Shown here one piece after another: positions 38,764 to 49,044 of a stretch of 64,000 nt of DNA (position 1 is the first letter of the stretch; each line of letters begins with the position of its first letter). Below the pieces are notes generated by a model, which was not told where the DNA came from, made no database searches, and worked only from the letters and a program-made list of their open reading frames with translations. The translations under genes and the position numbers were made by a program. This stretch comes from a bacterium (GTDB taxonomy: Bacteria; Krumholzibacteriota; Krumholzibacteriia; LZORAL124-64-63). Location: assembly GCA_016706845.1 (NCBI GenBank), contig JADJIV010000020.1, positions 3,671-67,670 of the forward strand, read 5' to 3'.

Positions 38764-39744
38764 GTGGAGCCGAACGAAGGGGACGCGGGGAACCGCGGGG
38801 AGGGCGTGGTCATCAACGCCGGCAGCGGCCACTGCACGGTGGTCTGCGACGGGCGGGAGATCCCCTGCCGCCTGCGCGGGCGGCTCAAGCAGGGGCTGCA
38901 GACCGAGCGGACGCTGGTCGTGGCCGGCGACCGCGTGCGCATCGCCCCGGTGCCCGGGGACCCGGCCATCGCCGTGGTGGAGGAGGTCCTGCCGCGCCGC
39001 AACCGCATCTCCCGCACGTCCTCCAAGCGCGAGCGCGGCCGCCGCGAGCAGGTCATGATGGCCAACCTCGACCAGGTGGTCGTGGTGCAGTCCGTCCGCC
39101 AGCCGGAGCCCTCCGGCGGGCTGATCGACCGCCTGCTGGTCGCCGCCGAGCGCTACGGGGTCGAGGGCGTGCTCTGCCTGAACAAGGTGGACCTGGACCC
39201 GGCCGCCGCCGCCGCGCCCGCCTGGGACCATTACCGCGCCATCGGTTACGTGGTGCTGCGGACGTCCGTGGTGAGCGGCGAGGGGATCGATGCCTTCCGC
39301 GACCGGCTGCAGGGTCGCATCTCGCTGCTGCTGGGCGCCTCGGGCACCGGCAAGAGCTCGCTGCTGGCCCGGGCCACCGGCCTGCGGCTGCGGATCGGCG
39401 AGGTGACCGCCAAGACCGGCCTGGGACGGCACACCACGACCCAGACCGAACTCTACCCCTTGGGCAACGGCGGCTTCATCGCCGACACGCCGGGCATCCG
39501 CGGCTTCGACCCCTGGGACGTGGCGCCGATCGAGCTGCGGGAGCTGTTCCCCGACTTCACGGCGCCCGCCCAGACCTGCCGCTACGACACCTGCCTGCAC
39601 CGCGACGAGCCCGACTGCGGGGTCAAGCGGGCCGTGGCCGGCGGCGAACTGCCCGCCTGGCGCCTCGCCGCTTACCTGGGCATCCTGAAGGACCTGCAGG
39701 AGAGGGACGTCGTGCGGGGGCCTCAGCGCAGGAGGTCGTCGTAG
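38764..39744 (+). CDS. rsgA: ribosome small-subunit-dependent GTPase A
   Basis: OB-fold N-terminus, circularly permuted GTPase (LNKVDL…GASGTGKSSLL) and zinc finger CRYDTCLHRDEPDC. The start (GTG 38764) is uncertain. Confidence 0.85.
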   Translation: MEPNEGDAGNRGEGVVINAGSGHCTVVCDGREIPCRLRGRLKQGLQTERTLVVAGDRVRIAPVPGDPAIAVVEEVLPRRNRISRTSSKRERGRREQVMMANLDQVVVVQSVRQPEPSGGLIDRLLVAAERYGVEGVLCLNKVDLDPAAAAAPAWDHYRAIGYVVLRTSVVSGEGIDAFRDRLQGRISLLLGASGTGKSSLLARATGLRLRIGEVTAKTGLGRHTTTQTELYPLGNGGFIADTPGIRGFDPWDVAPIELRELFPDFTAPAQTCRYDTCLHRDEPDCGVKRAVAGGELPAWRLAAYLGILKDLQERDVVRGPQRRRSS

Positions 39745-40028
39745 AAGACGACGGCCTCGGCGCCCTCGTGGAGCAGGCCGGTCGAGGGGTCGCATCCCGG
39801 TGAGGTCGCGGTAGGCGACCGCGTGGTCGGCGAGCTGGGCCTCCCACCAGCCCGGCAGGGCGATGCCGAGCAGCCGGTCGGACCTGGCCGTGACCTCGTA
39901 GTGGACCAGCCCGGTCGCCAGGGTGGCGATGGCGGTCGACAGACCGATGATTGCAGGGTACGCACGTCAGGGAGCCTCCGGGATCGTGCCGGAGCGATTC
40001 AGGAGCAACCGGGATGCCAGGAGGGCAG

Positions 40029-41162
40029 ATGAGGGCGCATTCGCTCCGAAAAGACGTGAAAAGGGTCGTTTCGGGCGCCCTGGCCCGGCTCTGCCGCCGC
40101 CGGCCGGTGACCCCGGAGCGGCTGCTCGCCGAGCAGCCGCGGCGCATCCTCGTGGTGCGCCAGCACAACCAGATGGGCGACATGGTCTGCGCGACGCCGG
40201 CCCTGCGCGCCCTGCGCGAGTCCTTCCCCCGGGCCGAGATCGCGCTGGTCTGCGCGCCGGTCAACCGGGACGTCGTCCTGCACAATCCCCACCTCGACCG
40301 GGTGCTGGTCTTCGACAAGCGGGCCTGCACCCGGCCGTTGCCGCTGCTGCGCTTCCTCGGGGAACTGCGCCGGCTGCGGCCCGACGCCGCCTTCGTGCTG
40401 AACTCGGTCTCCTACTCGGTGACGAGCGCCGCGCTCGCCGCGGCCAGCGGCGCGCCGCTGCTGATCGGGGGCGACAGCCTGCCCTTCGGCTTCGACATCA
40501 GCCGCCACGCCTACTCCCTGGTGATGCCGTCGCAGCCCGCGCTGGACCGCCACGCCGTCGACCACAACCTCGCGCCGCTGGAAGCCATCGGGATCCGCAC
40601 CGCGGACCGCAGCACCGTCGTGGTGCCGGCGGCCGCGGAGGAGGCGGCCGCACGCGCGATCGACGATCATGTGCCCGGCTCGGGCGGGCTGTGGCTCCTG
40701 CATCCGGGCGCCGGCAAAGCGCAGAACCGGTGGCCGGCCGGGCGCTTCGCCGAGGTGGCCGCGCGGGCGGTGCGCGAAGGCCGGCGGGTGCTGGTCCTGC
40801 AGGGACCGGCCGACGGTCCGGCGATGGCGGAGTTCTCGTCGGCGCTGGCCGACCGGCTCGCGCCGCTGGGGCTGGCGCCGCCGCCGATCAACCCGCCGGT
40901 CACGGTGGGCGTCTGCGCGGCCCTGCTGGCGCGGGCCGACCGCTTCCTGTGCAACGACACGGGCCTGATGCACGTGGCGGGCGCGGTGCGGGCGCCCACG
41001 CTGGCCCTGTTCGGCCCCACCGATCCCGGCCTGTGGGGCCCGCAGGCGCCGGAGGTCCTCTGCCTGCGCGGCGCGCAGGGGCGGCTTGAAGCGCTGGAGA
41101 TCGACACCGTGTGGGAACGCTGGCGGCAACTGCCGCCGCGGTCCGGCCCAACCAGGGGATGA
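40029..41162 (+). CDS. family 9 glycosyltransferase (heptosyltransferase-like)
   Basis: AGGAGG then ATG 40029. RILVVRQHNQMGDMVCATPALRAL and C-terminal NDTGLMHVAGA motifs. Confidence 0.85.
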   Translation: MRAHSLRKDVKRVVSGALARLCRRRPVTPERLLAEQPRRILVVRQHNQMGDMVCATPALRALRESFPRAEIALVCAPVNRDVVLHNPHLDRVLVFDKRACTRPLPLLRFLGELRRLRPDAAFVLNSVSYSVTSAALAAASGAPLLIGGDSLPFGFDISRHAYSLVMPSQPALDRHAVDHNLAPLEAIGIRTADRSTVVVPAAAEEAAARAIDDHVPGSGGLWLLHPGAGKAQNRWPAGRFAEVAARAVREGRRVLVLQGPADGPAMAEFSSALADRLAPLGLAPPPINPPVTVGVCAALLARADRFLCNDTGLMHVAGAVRAPTLALFGPTDPGLWGPQAPEVLCLRGAQGRLEALEIDTVWERWRQLPPRSGPTRG

Positions 41163-41836
41163 GCATGCAAACTCCGATCGCGATCCTGGTGCTGCTGTTC
41201 TCGCTCACCTTCCACGAATTCGCCCACGCGCGGGCCGCCCTGCGCCTGGGGGACGACACGGCCAAACGCCTGGGCCGCGTCTCGCTGAATCCGCTGGCCC
41301 ACATCGATCCCGTCGGCACGATCATCGTGCCGCTGGTGATGGCCCTGTTGCCGGGCGGGATGATCTTCGGCTGGGCCAAGCCCGTGCCGGTGGACGAGCG
41401 CCGCCTCAGCAGCCCCCTGCGCGATCAGGCCCTGATCGCCGCCGCCGGACCGGTCAGCAACCTGATCCTGGCCGCGGTCTTCGCGGTCGGCCTGGGCCTG
41501 ACGCTGGCCGGCGGCCACGGCGGGCCGCTGGCCACGCTGGCCGGCGGGGACGTCGGCGTCTTCCTGCGGCTGCTGTGCCAGTGGGGGGTCAGCTTGAACG
41601 TGCTGCTGGCCCTGTTCAACCTGATCCCCCTGCCGCCCCTGGACGGCAGCTGGATCATGCGGCTCGCGCTGCGCGGCGACGCGCGCGCCGCGTACGAGCG
41701 TTTGCGCCCCTACGGCTTCCTGATGGTGCTGGTGCTGATGTACGTAGGTCTGGGCAGCGTGCTCGGGCGGGGGGTCGCGGTGGTCGGGGGCTGGTATCTG
41801 GAAGTGGCGCTGGCCGTGGGCGGCCTGCTGACGTAA
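41159..41836 (+). CDS. M50 (site-2 protease family) membrane metalloprotease
   Basis: HEFAH zinc motif and NLIPLPPLDG motif. ATGA overlap with the GT9 gene. Confidence 0.85.
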   Translation: MSMQTPIAILVLLFSLTFHEFAHARAALRLGDDTAKRLGRVSLNPLAHIDPVGTIIVPLVMALLPGGMIFGWAKPVPVDERRLSSPLRDQALIAAAGPVSNLILAAVFAVGLGLTLAGGHGGPLATLAGGDVGVFLRLLCQWGVSLNVLLALFNLIPLPPLDGSWIMRLALRGDARAAYERLRPYGFLMVLVLMYVGLGSVLGRGVAVVGGWYLEVALAVGGLLT

Positions 41837-42363
41837 GGGGGCCGGCCGCCAGCCGGTTCCCGAACGGACGCCGGCACGCCGGGATCCCGGAGGATCCCGG
41901 CGTTCGCGTCGAGCCCGCGGCTGGTCGGGCGCCGCCGGCTCAGTCGCTCCACGCTGGCGACTTCGTAACCCTGGTAGGGGTCCGAGTCCACCGTGACGGT
42001 CACCGTCGCGACCGCACTCTCGTTCTCGTTCACGTCGACGGCCGAGATCCGGTAGACGTTCGCGCCGACCATCGGGTTCTCGTCGATGTACCAGGTCTCG
42101 GAGATCGGCGCCTGGCACATGGTCGCGACCCGCGTGCCGTTGGCCCGGTAGACCATGTATCCGGCCAGATCGGCGTCGGTGTTGTTCGGGGCCCAGTGCA
42201 CGATGACCTGGGCCTCGATCACTTCGCCGAGGATGTCGACGGGGACCGCGGGCGGCGCCGTGTCGACGACGGTCGGCGGACGGGTCACGTCGTCGCTGCC
42301 GCATCCGGCCAGCATCGCCACGCACCACAGTCCCGTGATCATCAGCTTCGTCTTGCCTGCCAC
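41710..42363 (-). CDS. lipoprotein with fibronectin type III-like domain (3' about 230 nt doubtful)
   Basis: AAGGAGG then GTG 42363. Lipobox AMLAGC. FN3-like WAPNNTDADLAGYMVYR…VYRISAVD. After …YQGYEVAS the translation becomes non-protein-like, crosses the hairpin at 41876-41903 and runs antisense into the M50 gene. An alternative-frame stop lies near 41939. Confidence 0.6.
   Translation of the reverse strand: MAGKTKLMITGLWCVAMLAGCGSDDVTRPPTVVDTAPPAVPVDILGEVIEAQVIVHWAPNNTDADLAGYMVYRANGTRVATMCQAPISETWYIDENPMVGANVYRISAVDVNENESAVATVTVTVDSDPYQGYEVASVERLSRRRPTSRGLDANAGILRDPGVPASVREPAGGRPPYVSRPPTASATSRYQPPTTATPRPSTLPRPTYISTSTIRKP
41876..41903. terminator. bidirectional hairpin terminator
   Basis: 12-bp stem ACGCCGGGATCC/GGATCCCGGCGT with loop CGGA, 40 nt downstream of the M50 stop. 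Confidence 0.5.
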
Positions 42364-42674
42364 CTTGGATCCTCCTTGACCAGCCACGTCTTGGACCGGA
42401 GGCGCCGCGCGTGTCGCGCAGCAGAGCCATCTCCGGTTTCGAGCGAACTTGCGGTTGGGAAGCTGCAAGGGCGGTGCCAGCGGGGGCGGAAGGGCGCCCG
42501 GAGCCCGCGCCCACGGTAATGCCTTGGGACCAGAAGGGTTGCGAAGGGGTCGATCGGGGTGGGCCCTGCCTGTGGCTTCCCCGTGGTGTCCGGGGACGGG
42601 GAACCGTGCCCCGTCTTGCACGGTCCGGGCCCCGCCGCCGTGCAGTTTGCACCCCGGGCCTGGTTGAAATGTCC

Positions 42675-42703
42675 TTGACAGCAAGGAAGTTAAGAGGGAC
42701 GAT
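42675..42703 (+). promoter_or_regulatory. possible promoter (TTGACA-N17-GACGAT)
   Basis: Consensus -35 at 42675-42680 and a weak -10 at 42698-42703, about 75 nt upstream of the HU/IHF gene. Confidence 0.25.
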
Positions 42704-42777
42704 GGCTTCGGCCCAGCCATGTCGGCCGTCGGGGGAGTCGATGCCGAGCTGGACGCTCAGCGGGAAAGGGGGACCTG

Positions 42778-43059
42778 ATGACCAAGGCGGATATTGTCGA
42801 GGATATCGCTCAAAAAACGGGTCTGACCAAGAAGGAAGTCGGGGAGACGGTGGACCTTTTCCTCGAGCAGGTGAGTGACCTGCTCTCCCAGGGACACCAT
42901 CTCGAGATCAGGGGCTTCGGCACCTTCAAGGTGAAGGAGCGCAAGGAGCGCATGGCGCGCAATCCCCGGACGGGGGATGCCGTGCCGGTGCCTTCGCGCC
43001 GCGTGCCTGTCTTCAAGGTCTCGAAGATGCTCAAGGACAAGGTGGCTCATCATTCCTGA
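42778..43059 (+). CDS. HU/IHF-family DNA-binding protein
   Basis: 93 aa with GFGTFKVKERKERMARNPRTGDAVPVP (beta-arm with RNPRTG). Confidence 0.9.
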   Translation: MTKADIVEDIAQKTGLTKKEVGETVDLFLEQVSDLLSQGHHLEIRGFGTFKVKERKERMARNPRTGDAVPVPSRRVPVFKVSKMLKDKVAHHS

Positions 43060-43153
43060 GCCTGCGGGCGCCCGATGCGGCAGCCGAAGTCTCGATCCGG
43101 CCTTCCCGCCCTGCGCGGGGAGGCCGGTCGCCTGTTCCGCCGGGAGGTGACCG

Positions 43154-44198
43154 ATGCTGGACCTGCGCAGCGACACCGTGACCCGTCCGGACGCCGCGAT
43201 GCGCCGGGCGATCGCCGAGGCCGAGGTCGGGGACGACGTCTTCGGCGACGACCCGACCGTCAACCGCCTCCAGGAGCGCACCGCCGAACTGCTGGGCAAG
43301 GAAGCGGCCCTGTTCGTGCCCAGCGGCACCATGGCCAACCAGATCGCGCTGCGCGTCCAGACCCGCCCCGGCGACCAGGGTGGTCTGCGAGGCCGACTGC
43401 CACATCTACCGCTACGAGCAGGGCGGGCCGGCCGCCCTCTCCGGCCTGCTGCTGGCCTGCGTGCCCGGCGACCGCGGCGCGCTCCCCTGGTCCGCCATCC
43501 AGCCGGCCCTGAACCCCGACGACGACCACGCCGCCCGCCCGGCCCTGATCTGCCTGGAGAACACGCACAACCGGGCCGGCGGGCGCATCCTGCCGCAGGC
43601 GCAGGTGGTCGAGGTCGGGCGCGAAGCCCACGCCCGCGGCCTGCGGTTGCACCTGGACGGGGCGCGGCTGTGGAACGTCCACGCCGCGACCGGCGCCGCC
43701 CTGGCGGAACTGGCCGCGCCGGCCGACACCGTCAGCGTCTGCTTCTCCAAGGGGCTCGGGGCGCCGGTGGGCTCGGCCCTGGCCGGGGACGCCGCCCTGA
43801 TCCGCGAAGCCCGGCGCGCCCGCAAGCTCTACGGCGGCGGCATGCGTCAGGTGGGGATCCTGGCCGCGGCCTGCCTGCACGCCCTGGACCACAACCTGGC
43901 GCGCCTGGGCCAGGATCACGTACACGCCCGCCTGCTGGTCGAAGGTCTGGACAACCCGGCCCTCAGGCTCGATCATCCCGTCGAGACCAACATCGTTATC
44001 CTGCGGGTCGCCGACGAGCGGCGCCTGCTCGAACACCTGTGCGGGAGCGGCATCCTGGCCGTGGCGTTCGGATCCGGACGCGTGCGTCTGGTGCCGAACC
44101 TCATGATCGACCGCGAGGGCATCCTGGCGGTGCGGGCCGCGCTGGACGCCTACCGCGCGCCCGCGCCCGCGAACCAGACACGAGGGGATGCGAGTTGA
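43154..44198 (+). CDS. ltaE: low-specificity L-threonine aldolase (frame change at GGG 43378-43380)
   Basis: [12 protein letters not shown]…VPSGTMANQ in one frame, continuing [16 protein letters not shown]…[12 protein letters not shown] in the next. Confidence 0.8.
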
Positions 44199-45016
44199 CG
44201 ACACCGGCGGACTGGGACTGGCTGATTCCCCCGACGCACGCCGAGCGCGAGACCGTCGCGTTCCTGCGCGCCACCGTCGCGGCGTCCGGCGCGCAGGGTG
44301 TCGTGATCGGGCTCTCGGGGGGCATCGACTCGGCCGTCAGCGCCGCCCTGGCGGTGCGCGCCCTGGGCGCCGGGGCCGTGCTCGGCGTCTACCTGCCTTA
44401 CCGCACCAGCAGTCCGGACTCGCTGGCCGACGCCGAGCTGGTGGCCGCCGCGCTGGGCATCCGTTCCGAACGGCACGACATCAGCGACCTCGCCGACGCC
44501 TACCTGCGCGACGTCCCGCCCGAGGCCGGCCTGCGCCGCGGGAACGTGATGGCGCGCTGCCGCATGATCGTGCTGTACGACCTCTCGGCGCGCGACCGCA
44601 CGCTGGTGCTGGGCACCGGCAACCGCACCGAGACCCTGCTGGGCTACGCGACCCTGCACGGGGATGCGGCCTTCGGGCTGAATCCCCTGGGCGATCTCTA
44701 CAAGGCCGAGGTGCGCGCCCTGGCGCGCCACCTGGGCCTGCCGGCGCGGGTCATCGAGAAGGCGCCGAGCGCCGACCTGTGGGCGGGACAGACCGACGAG
44801 GACGAGCTGGGCTTCACCTACGAGCAGGCCGATCTCCTGCTGCACCACATGGTGGACCTGGAACTGGACGACGGCCGGCTCGCGTCCCTCGGCTTCGCGC
44901 CGGAACTGGTCGCCACGGTCCGCGACCGCGTCCGGGCGCAGGCCTTCAAGTGGCTGCCGGTGCCGTCCGCGACCTTCCCGGGACGCCCCCTGCCGGACAT
45001 CGCAGGCGGCTTCTGA
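44195..45016 (+). CDS. nadE: NH3-dependent NAD+ synthetase
   Basis: TTG start in a TTGA overlap. PP-loop [10 protein letters not shown]. Confidence 0.85.
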   Translation: MTTPADWDWLIPPTHAERETVAFLRATVAASGAQGVVIGLSGGIDSAVSAALAVRALGAGAVLGVYLPYRTSSPDSLADAELVAAALGIRSERHDISDLADAYLRDVPPEAGLRRGNVMARCRMIVLYDLSARDRTLVLGTGNRTETLLGYATLHGDAAFGLNPLGDLYKAEVRALARHLGLPARVIEKAPSADLWAGQTDEDELGFTYEQADLLLHHMVDLELDDGRLASLGFAPELVATVRDRVRAQAFKWLPVPSATFPGRPLPDIAGGF

Positions 45017-45017
45017 G

Positions 45018-45761
45018 GTGGAGACGCCCGAGCGCCCCGTCACCGTGGCGATCCCGGATCTCGCGGAGTCCGGGGGTTCGTGCCTGTTCGTGGCGACGCC
45101 GATCGGCAACCTGGACGACGTGACCCTGCGCGCGCTCGCAGCGCTGCGCGACGCCGACATCGTCTACGCCGAGGACACGCGGCGCACGCGGGGCCTGCTG
45201 TCGCGCTACGGGCTGCACGCCCGCATGGAGCCCTACCACGACCACAACAAGGAGCGGCAGGCGCCGCGGGTGGTCGAGCGGGTGCGGCAGGGAGAGCGCG
45301 TGGTCGTGGTCAGCGACGCCGGCATGCCCGCGGTGGCCGACCCGGGCTACCTGATCGTCCAGGGCCTGCGCGAGGCCGGCCTGCCCTGGTCGGTGGCGCC
45401 CGGCGCCTCGAGCGTGCTGGCGGCGCTGGTGCTGTCGGGGTTCCCGACCGACCGGTTCCTGTTCACGGGCTACACGCCGCGCAAGCCCGGGAAGCTGCGG
45501 AACTTCCTGGAAGAGGCGCTGGCGGAGCGGGGCACGGTGGTCATGCTCGAGTCCTGCCACCGCATCCGCAAGACGCTGGCCGCGCTCGTCGAGGTGGCCC
45601 CGGACCGCGAGCTGGCGATCGCGCGCGAGATCACGAAGATCCACGAGGAGACGCTGCGCGGCACGGCCGCGGAACTTCTGGAAGTGATGGACGGTCCCCG
45701 CCTGAAGGGGGAACTGGTGCTGCTGGCCCGCGGCCGGCCCGCCGGCGGAGGAGGAGCCTGA
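45018..45761 (+). CDS. rsmI: 16S rRNA (cytidine1402-2'-O)-methyltransferase
   Basis: LFVATPIGNLDDVTLRALAALRDADIVYAEDTR, tetrapyrrole-methylase fold. Confidence 0.85.
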   Translation: METPERPVTVAIPDLAESGGSCLFVATPIGNLDDVTLRALAALRDADIVYAEDTRRTRGLLSRYGLHARMEPYHDHNKERQAPRVVERVRQGERVVVVSDAGMPAVADPGYLIVQGLREAGLPWSVAPGASSVLAALVLSGFPTDRFLFTGYTPRKPGKLRNFLEEALAERGTVVMLESCHRIRKTLAALVEVAPDRELAIAREITKIHEETLRGTAAELLEVMDGPRLKGELVLLARGRPAGGGGA

Positions 45762-45762
45762 G

Positions 45763-46593
45763 ATGGACAGGATCGGACTGAAGACGATGGCCCGCGACAA
45801 GGTCAAGCCGCTGGTGCTCGCCCTGGACCGCGCCGGCGTGTCGCCCGACGGCGTGTCGCTCGCCGGGCTGGGGATCAGCGTCTTCGCCGCCTGGATCACG
45901 GCCGCGGGGCAGCTGTTCCTCGGCGCCCTGGTGCTGATCGTCGGTTCGGTGTTCGACATGCTGGACGGCGATCTGGCGCGCCTGCAGGGGCGGGCCAGCA
46001 AGCGCGGCGCCTTCCTCGATTCCAACTTCGACCGCCTGTCCGAGGCGGCGGTCTACGCGGGGCTGGCCTGGTTCTACATGGAAGCCCTGTCGTGGCCGGA
46101 TTCCGGTGCGGTGCTGCTGGTGATCCTGGCGCTGACCGGCTCGCTGACCACCAGCTACGCGCGCGCGCGGGCCGAGGGCCTGGGCGTCGCCTGCACGGGC
46201 GGCTGGCTGCAGCGCCCCGAGCGCATGGTCCTTTTGATCCTCGGCATGATCCTGGGCCGTCACGTCTTGAAGCTGGTGCTGGCGCTGCTGGCGGCCGCGA
46301 CCCTCTTCACCACGCTGCAGAGGATCGCGGCGGTCAGCCGCGACCTGGGGGACGAGCCGCGCCCGGAGCGGCGGCGGCCGCCGCGCGCGGTCCCCGCCGA
46401 CCCGTCGTCCATCGACACGGCGCCCGCCGGGGCGCGGGACGCGCGGGAACCCTCCCGCCCCGGACCCGCGCACGACGCCGCGCCGGCTCCCGCGGCGCCG
46501 GTCGCCGACGGTCCCGCCCCCGACGGCGAGGTCCGTCTCGAGCCCGACGACGACGACGACGACCCCTACGCGGATCTCCACCGCCGTGTCTGA
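45763..46593 (+). CDS. CDP-alcohol phosphatidyltransferase family protein
   Basis: Motif DMLDGDLARLQGRASKRGAFLDSNFDRLSE (DGx2ARx8Gx3Dx3D). Acidic, Pro-rich C-terminal tail. Confidence 0.8.
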   Translation: MDRIGLKTMARDKVKPLVLALDRAGVSPDGVSLAGLGISVFAAWITAAGQLFLGALVLIVGSVFDMLDGDLARLQGRASKRGAFLDSNFDRLSEAAVYAGLAWFYMEALSWPDSGAVLLVILALTGSLTTSYARARAEGLGVACTGGWLQRPERMVLLILGMILGRHVLKLVLALLAAATLFTTLQRIAAVSRDLGDEPRPERRRPPRAVPADPSSIDTAPAGARDAREPSRPGPAHDAAPAPAAPVADGPAPDGEVRLEPDDDDDDPYADLHRRV

Positions 46594-47236
46594 TCCGGCC
46601 CGCCGGGGCCTGCTGATCACGTTCGAGGGACCCGAGGGCAGCGGCAAGTCGACGCTCATCCGGGGCCTCGCCGCGCGCCTCGCGGCGCTCGGCCGCCCGG
46701 TGGTGACGACGCGCGAGCCGGGGGGCACCCCCGTCGGCGAGCGCATCCGGGACGTGCTGCTGGACCCCGAGCTGACGGAACTCCGTCCCGAGACCGAACT
46801 GCTGCTGATGGTGGCCAGCCGCGCCCAGCTGGTCCGGGAGATCGTCCGCCCGGCCCTCGCCGCCGGACGGATCGTGCTCTGCGACCGCTACGCCGACGCC
46901 TCGGTCGCCTACCAGGGCGCCGGCCGCGAGCTGGGCCGCCGGCGGGTGGACGCGCTGAACGACTTCGCGGTGGAGGGGACGACGCCCGACCTGACCCTGC
47001 TCTGCCTGCTCCCCCCGGCCGCCGGCCGCGAGCGGTGCGGGGACCGCGATCCCGACCGCCTCGAGCGCGAAACGGCGGACTTCCACGAGCGGGTCTACGG
47101 CGCCTACCTCGCCATGGCCGCGTCCGGCGACCCCCGCTTCCGCACCCTGGACGCGACCGCCCCGCCCGCCGGGCAGGTCGAGCAGGCCCTGGCCCACCTG
47201 CGCGGTCTGGAACACGATTTGCTGACGGGACTATAA
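46586..47236 (+). CDS. tmk: thymidylate kinase
   Basis: P-loop FEGPEGSGKST and DRY motif (CDRYADAS). Confidence 0.9.
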   Translation: MSDPARRGLLITFEGPEGSGKSTLIRGLAARLAALGRPVVTTREPGGTPVGERIRDVLLDPELTELRPETELLLMVASRAQLVREIVRPALAAGRIVLCDRYADASVAYQGAGRELGRRRVDALNDFAVEGTTPDLTLLCLLPPAAGRERCGDRDPDRLERETADFHERVYGAYLAMAASGDPRFRTLDATAPPAGQVEQALAHLRGLEHDLLTGL

Positions 47237-47304
47237 TCGCTTATGGATGTGCCCGAAATCAGGGGCGCTGCGTCCCCCGACACCCGTGAGAAAGCCGGTC
47301 GAGC

Positions 47305-49041
47305 ATGATGGCCCTTGCGCGCAATTTCGCCGCTCTGCGGCGCTCCCTGCCGGTCCTGGTCGTTCTGCCGGTCCTGGTCGTACTGGCGGCCCTGGCCGCG
47401 CCCGCGGCGCCCGCCGCCGCCCAGGATTCCACGCGGACCCCGGAGCGGCCCCGCGGCACCGACCGCCAGCGCTACATCGAGGCCCTGCAGACCCTGGGCA
47501 ACGTCTACGAGCGCGTCTTCTACAACTACGTCGACGATGTCGACGCCGACGCGCTGCTCGAGGCCGGCATCAACGGCATGATGGACTACCTCGACGAACA
47601 CTCGCAGTACCTGCCGCCGAAGAACTACGAGGACCTCATGATGTCCACCGAGGGGGAGTTCGGCGGGCTCGGCATCACCATCAACATCCGCGACCACTTC
47701 CCGACCGTGGTCTCGCCGATCGAGGGCACGCCGGCGTTCCTGATGGGCATCCAGGGCGGCGACCGCATCGTGGAGATCGAGGGCGAGTCCACCTTCGACT
47801 TCGGCAGCGACGACGCCGTGAAGCTGCTGCGCGGCGAGCCGGGCACGCAGGTGACGATCACCATCCAGCGCGAGGGCACGGCCGAGCCGTTCCCGCTGAC
47901 CATCACGCGCGCCGTGATCGTGGTCGAGAGCGTCCCCTACGCCTTCATGATGGGGGACATCGGCTACATCCGCGTCCAGAGCTTCGCCCGCACCACGCCC
48001 GAGGAGATCCGCGACAAGATCGCCGAGCTGCGCGCCCAGAACGCGCGCGGCCTGGTGCTCGACCTGCGCTGGAACCCGGGCGGCCTGCTGGAGTCCGCCA
48101 ACGGCGTGAGCGAGCTGTTCCTGGACCACAACGAGCTCATCGTCTACACCAAGGGACGCCTGCGCAACCAGAACCGCAGCTACTACGCCGAGAAGGACCA
48201 CCAGGCCGCCGCGGGCCTGCCGACGGTCGTCATGATCAACGGCGCCTCCGCCTCGGCCAGCGAGATCGTGGCCGCCGCCGTGCAGGACCACGACGCCGCG
48301 CTGGTGGTCGGCAAGACGAGCTACGGCAAGGGCTCGGTCCAGACCGTCTTCCCCCTGAGCGAGGACAGCGCCCTGAAGCTCACCACGGCCAAGTACTACA
48401 CGCCCAGCGGCCGCTCGATCCACAAGGACCGCCACGAGGACGACAGCGACCTCGACCTGACGCTGGAACCGGCCCGCGACGGCCCGCCCGACGTCGAGCT
48501 CGACCTGCCGCGCTCCGAGAAGGAGAAGTTCGCCACCGACAGCGGGCGCGTCGTCTACGGCGGCGGCGGCATCACGCCGGACATCGAGGTCGAGCAGCCC
48601 TTCCTGGCCGACTTCGAGGTCGCGCTGGAGCGCGACGGCGCCCTGTTCAGCTTCGCCACGTGGTGGGCCGCCTACCACGACGTGCCCGGCGACCTGCAGG
48701 TCGACGCCCCGATGTTCGTGTCCTTCAAGGAGCACCTGCGCAAGCGGGAGAAGATCGAGGAGTACCTGGGCGTCTACGACCTGAAGCTCGACGACGCGCT
48801 GCTGGACGCCAACCGCGCCTACATCGAGCAGGGGATCCGGCGCGAGCTGATGCGCCACAAGTTCGGCCAGCTGGCCGCCTACCAGGTGGCCATCGAGGAC
48901 GACGTCCAGCTCAAGGAAGTCCTGAAGCTCTTCGAGCGGGCCCGCACCCTCGACGACCTGCTGCGCCTCGCGCGCGAGTGGGAGAGCTCCCGGGTCGCGG
49001 AGGCGGGCGCGAAGGACGCCGGCGCACCCGTGGTCCGTTGA
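47305..49041 (+). CDS. S41 carboxy-terminal processing protease
   Basis: Signal/TM segment, PDZ region and catalytic segment INGASASASEIVAAA. Confidence 0.85.
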   Translation: MMALARNFAALRRSLPVLVVLPVLVVLAALAAPAAPAAAQDSTRTPERPRGTDRQRYIEALQTLGNVYERVFYNYVDDVDADALLEAGINGMMDYLDEHSQYLPPKNYEDLMMSTEGEFGGLGITINIRDHFPTVVSPIEGTPAFLMGIQGGDRIVEIEGESTFDFGSDDAVKLLRGEPGTQVTITIQREGTAEPFPLTITRAVIVVESVPYAFMMGDIGYIRVQSFARTTPEEIRDKIAELRAQNARGLVLDLRWNPGGLLESANGVSELFLDHNELIVYTKGRLRNQNRSYYAEKDHQAAAGLPTVVMINGASASASEIVAAAVQDHDAALVVGKTSYGKGSVQTVFPLSEDSALKLTTAKYYTPSGRSIHKDRHEDDSDLDLTLEPARDGPPDVELDLPRSEKEKFATDSGRVVYGGGGITPDIEVEQPFLADFEVALERDGALFSFATWWAAYHDVPGDLQVDAPMFVSFKEHLRKREKIEEYLGVYDLKLDDALLDANRAYIEQGIRRELMRHKFGQLAAYQVAIEDDVQLKEVLKLFERARTLDDLLRLAREWESSRVAEAGAKDAGAPVVR

Positions 49042-49044
49042 CCG

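Noticed and set aside
39723-40028. Possible small minus-strand gene between rsgA and the GT9 gene (…AIIGLSTAIATLATGLVHYEVTARSDRLLGIALPGWWEAQLADHAVAYRDLTG… then …GLLHEGAEAVVFYDDLLR-stop in another frame).
   Set aside because: The protein-like frame has no in-frame start codon, and at least two frame changes are needed. I recognise no family. It may be a real gene damaged by indels, but I cannot support a model.
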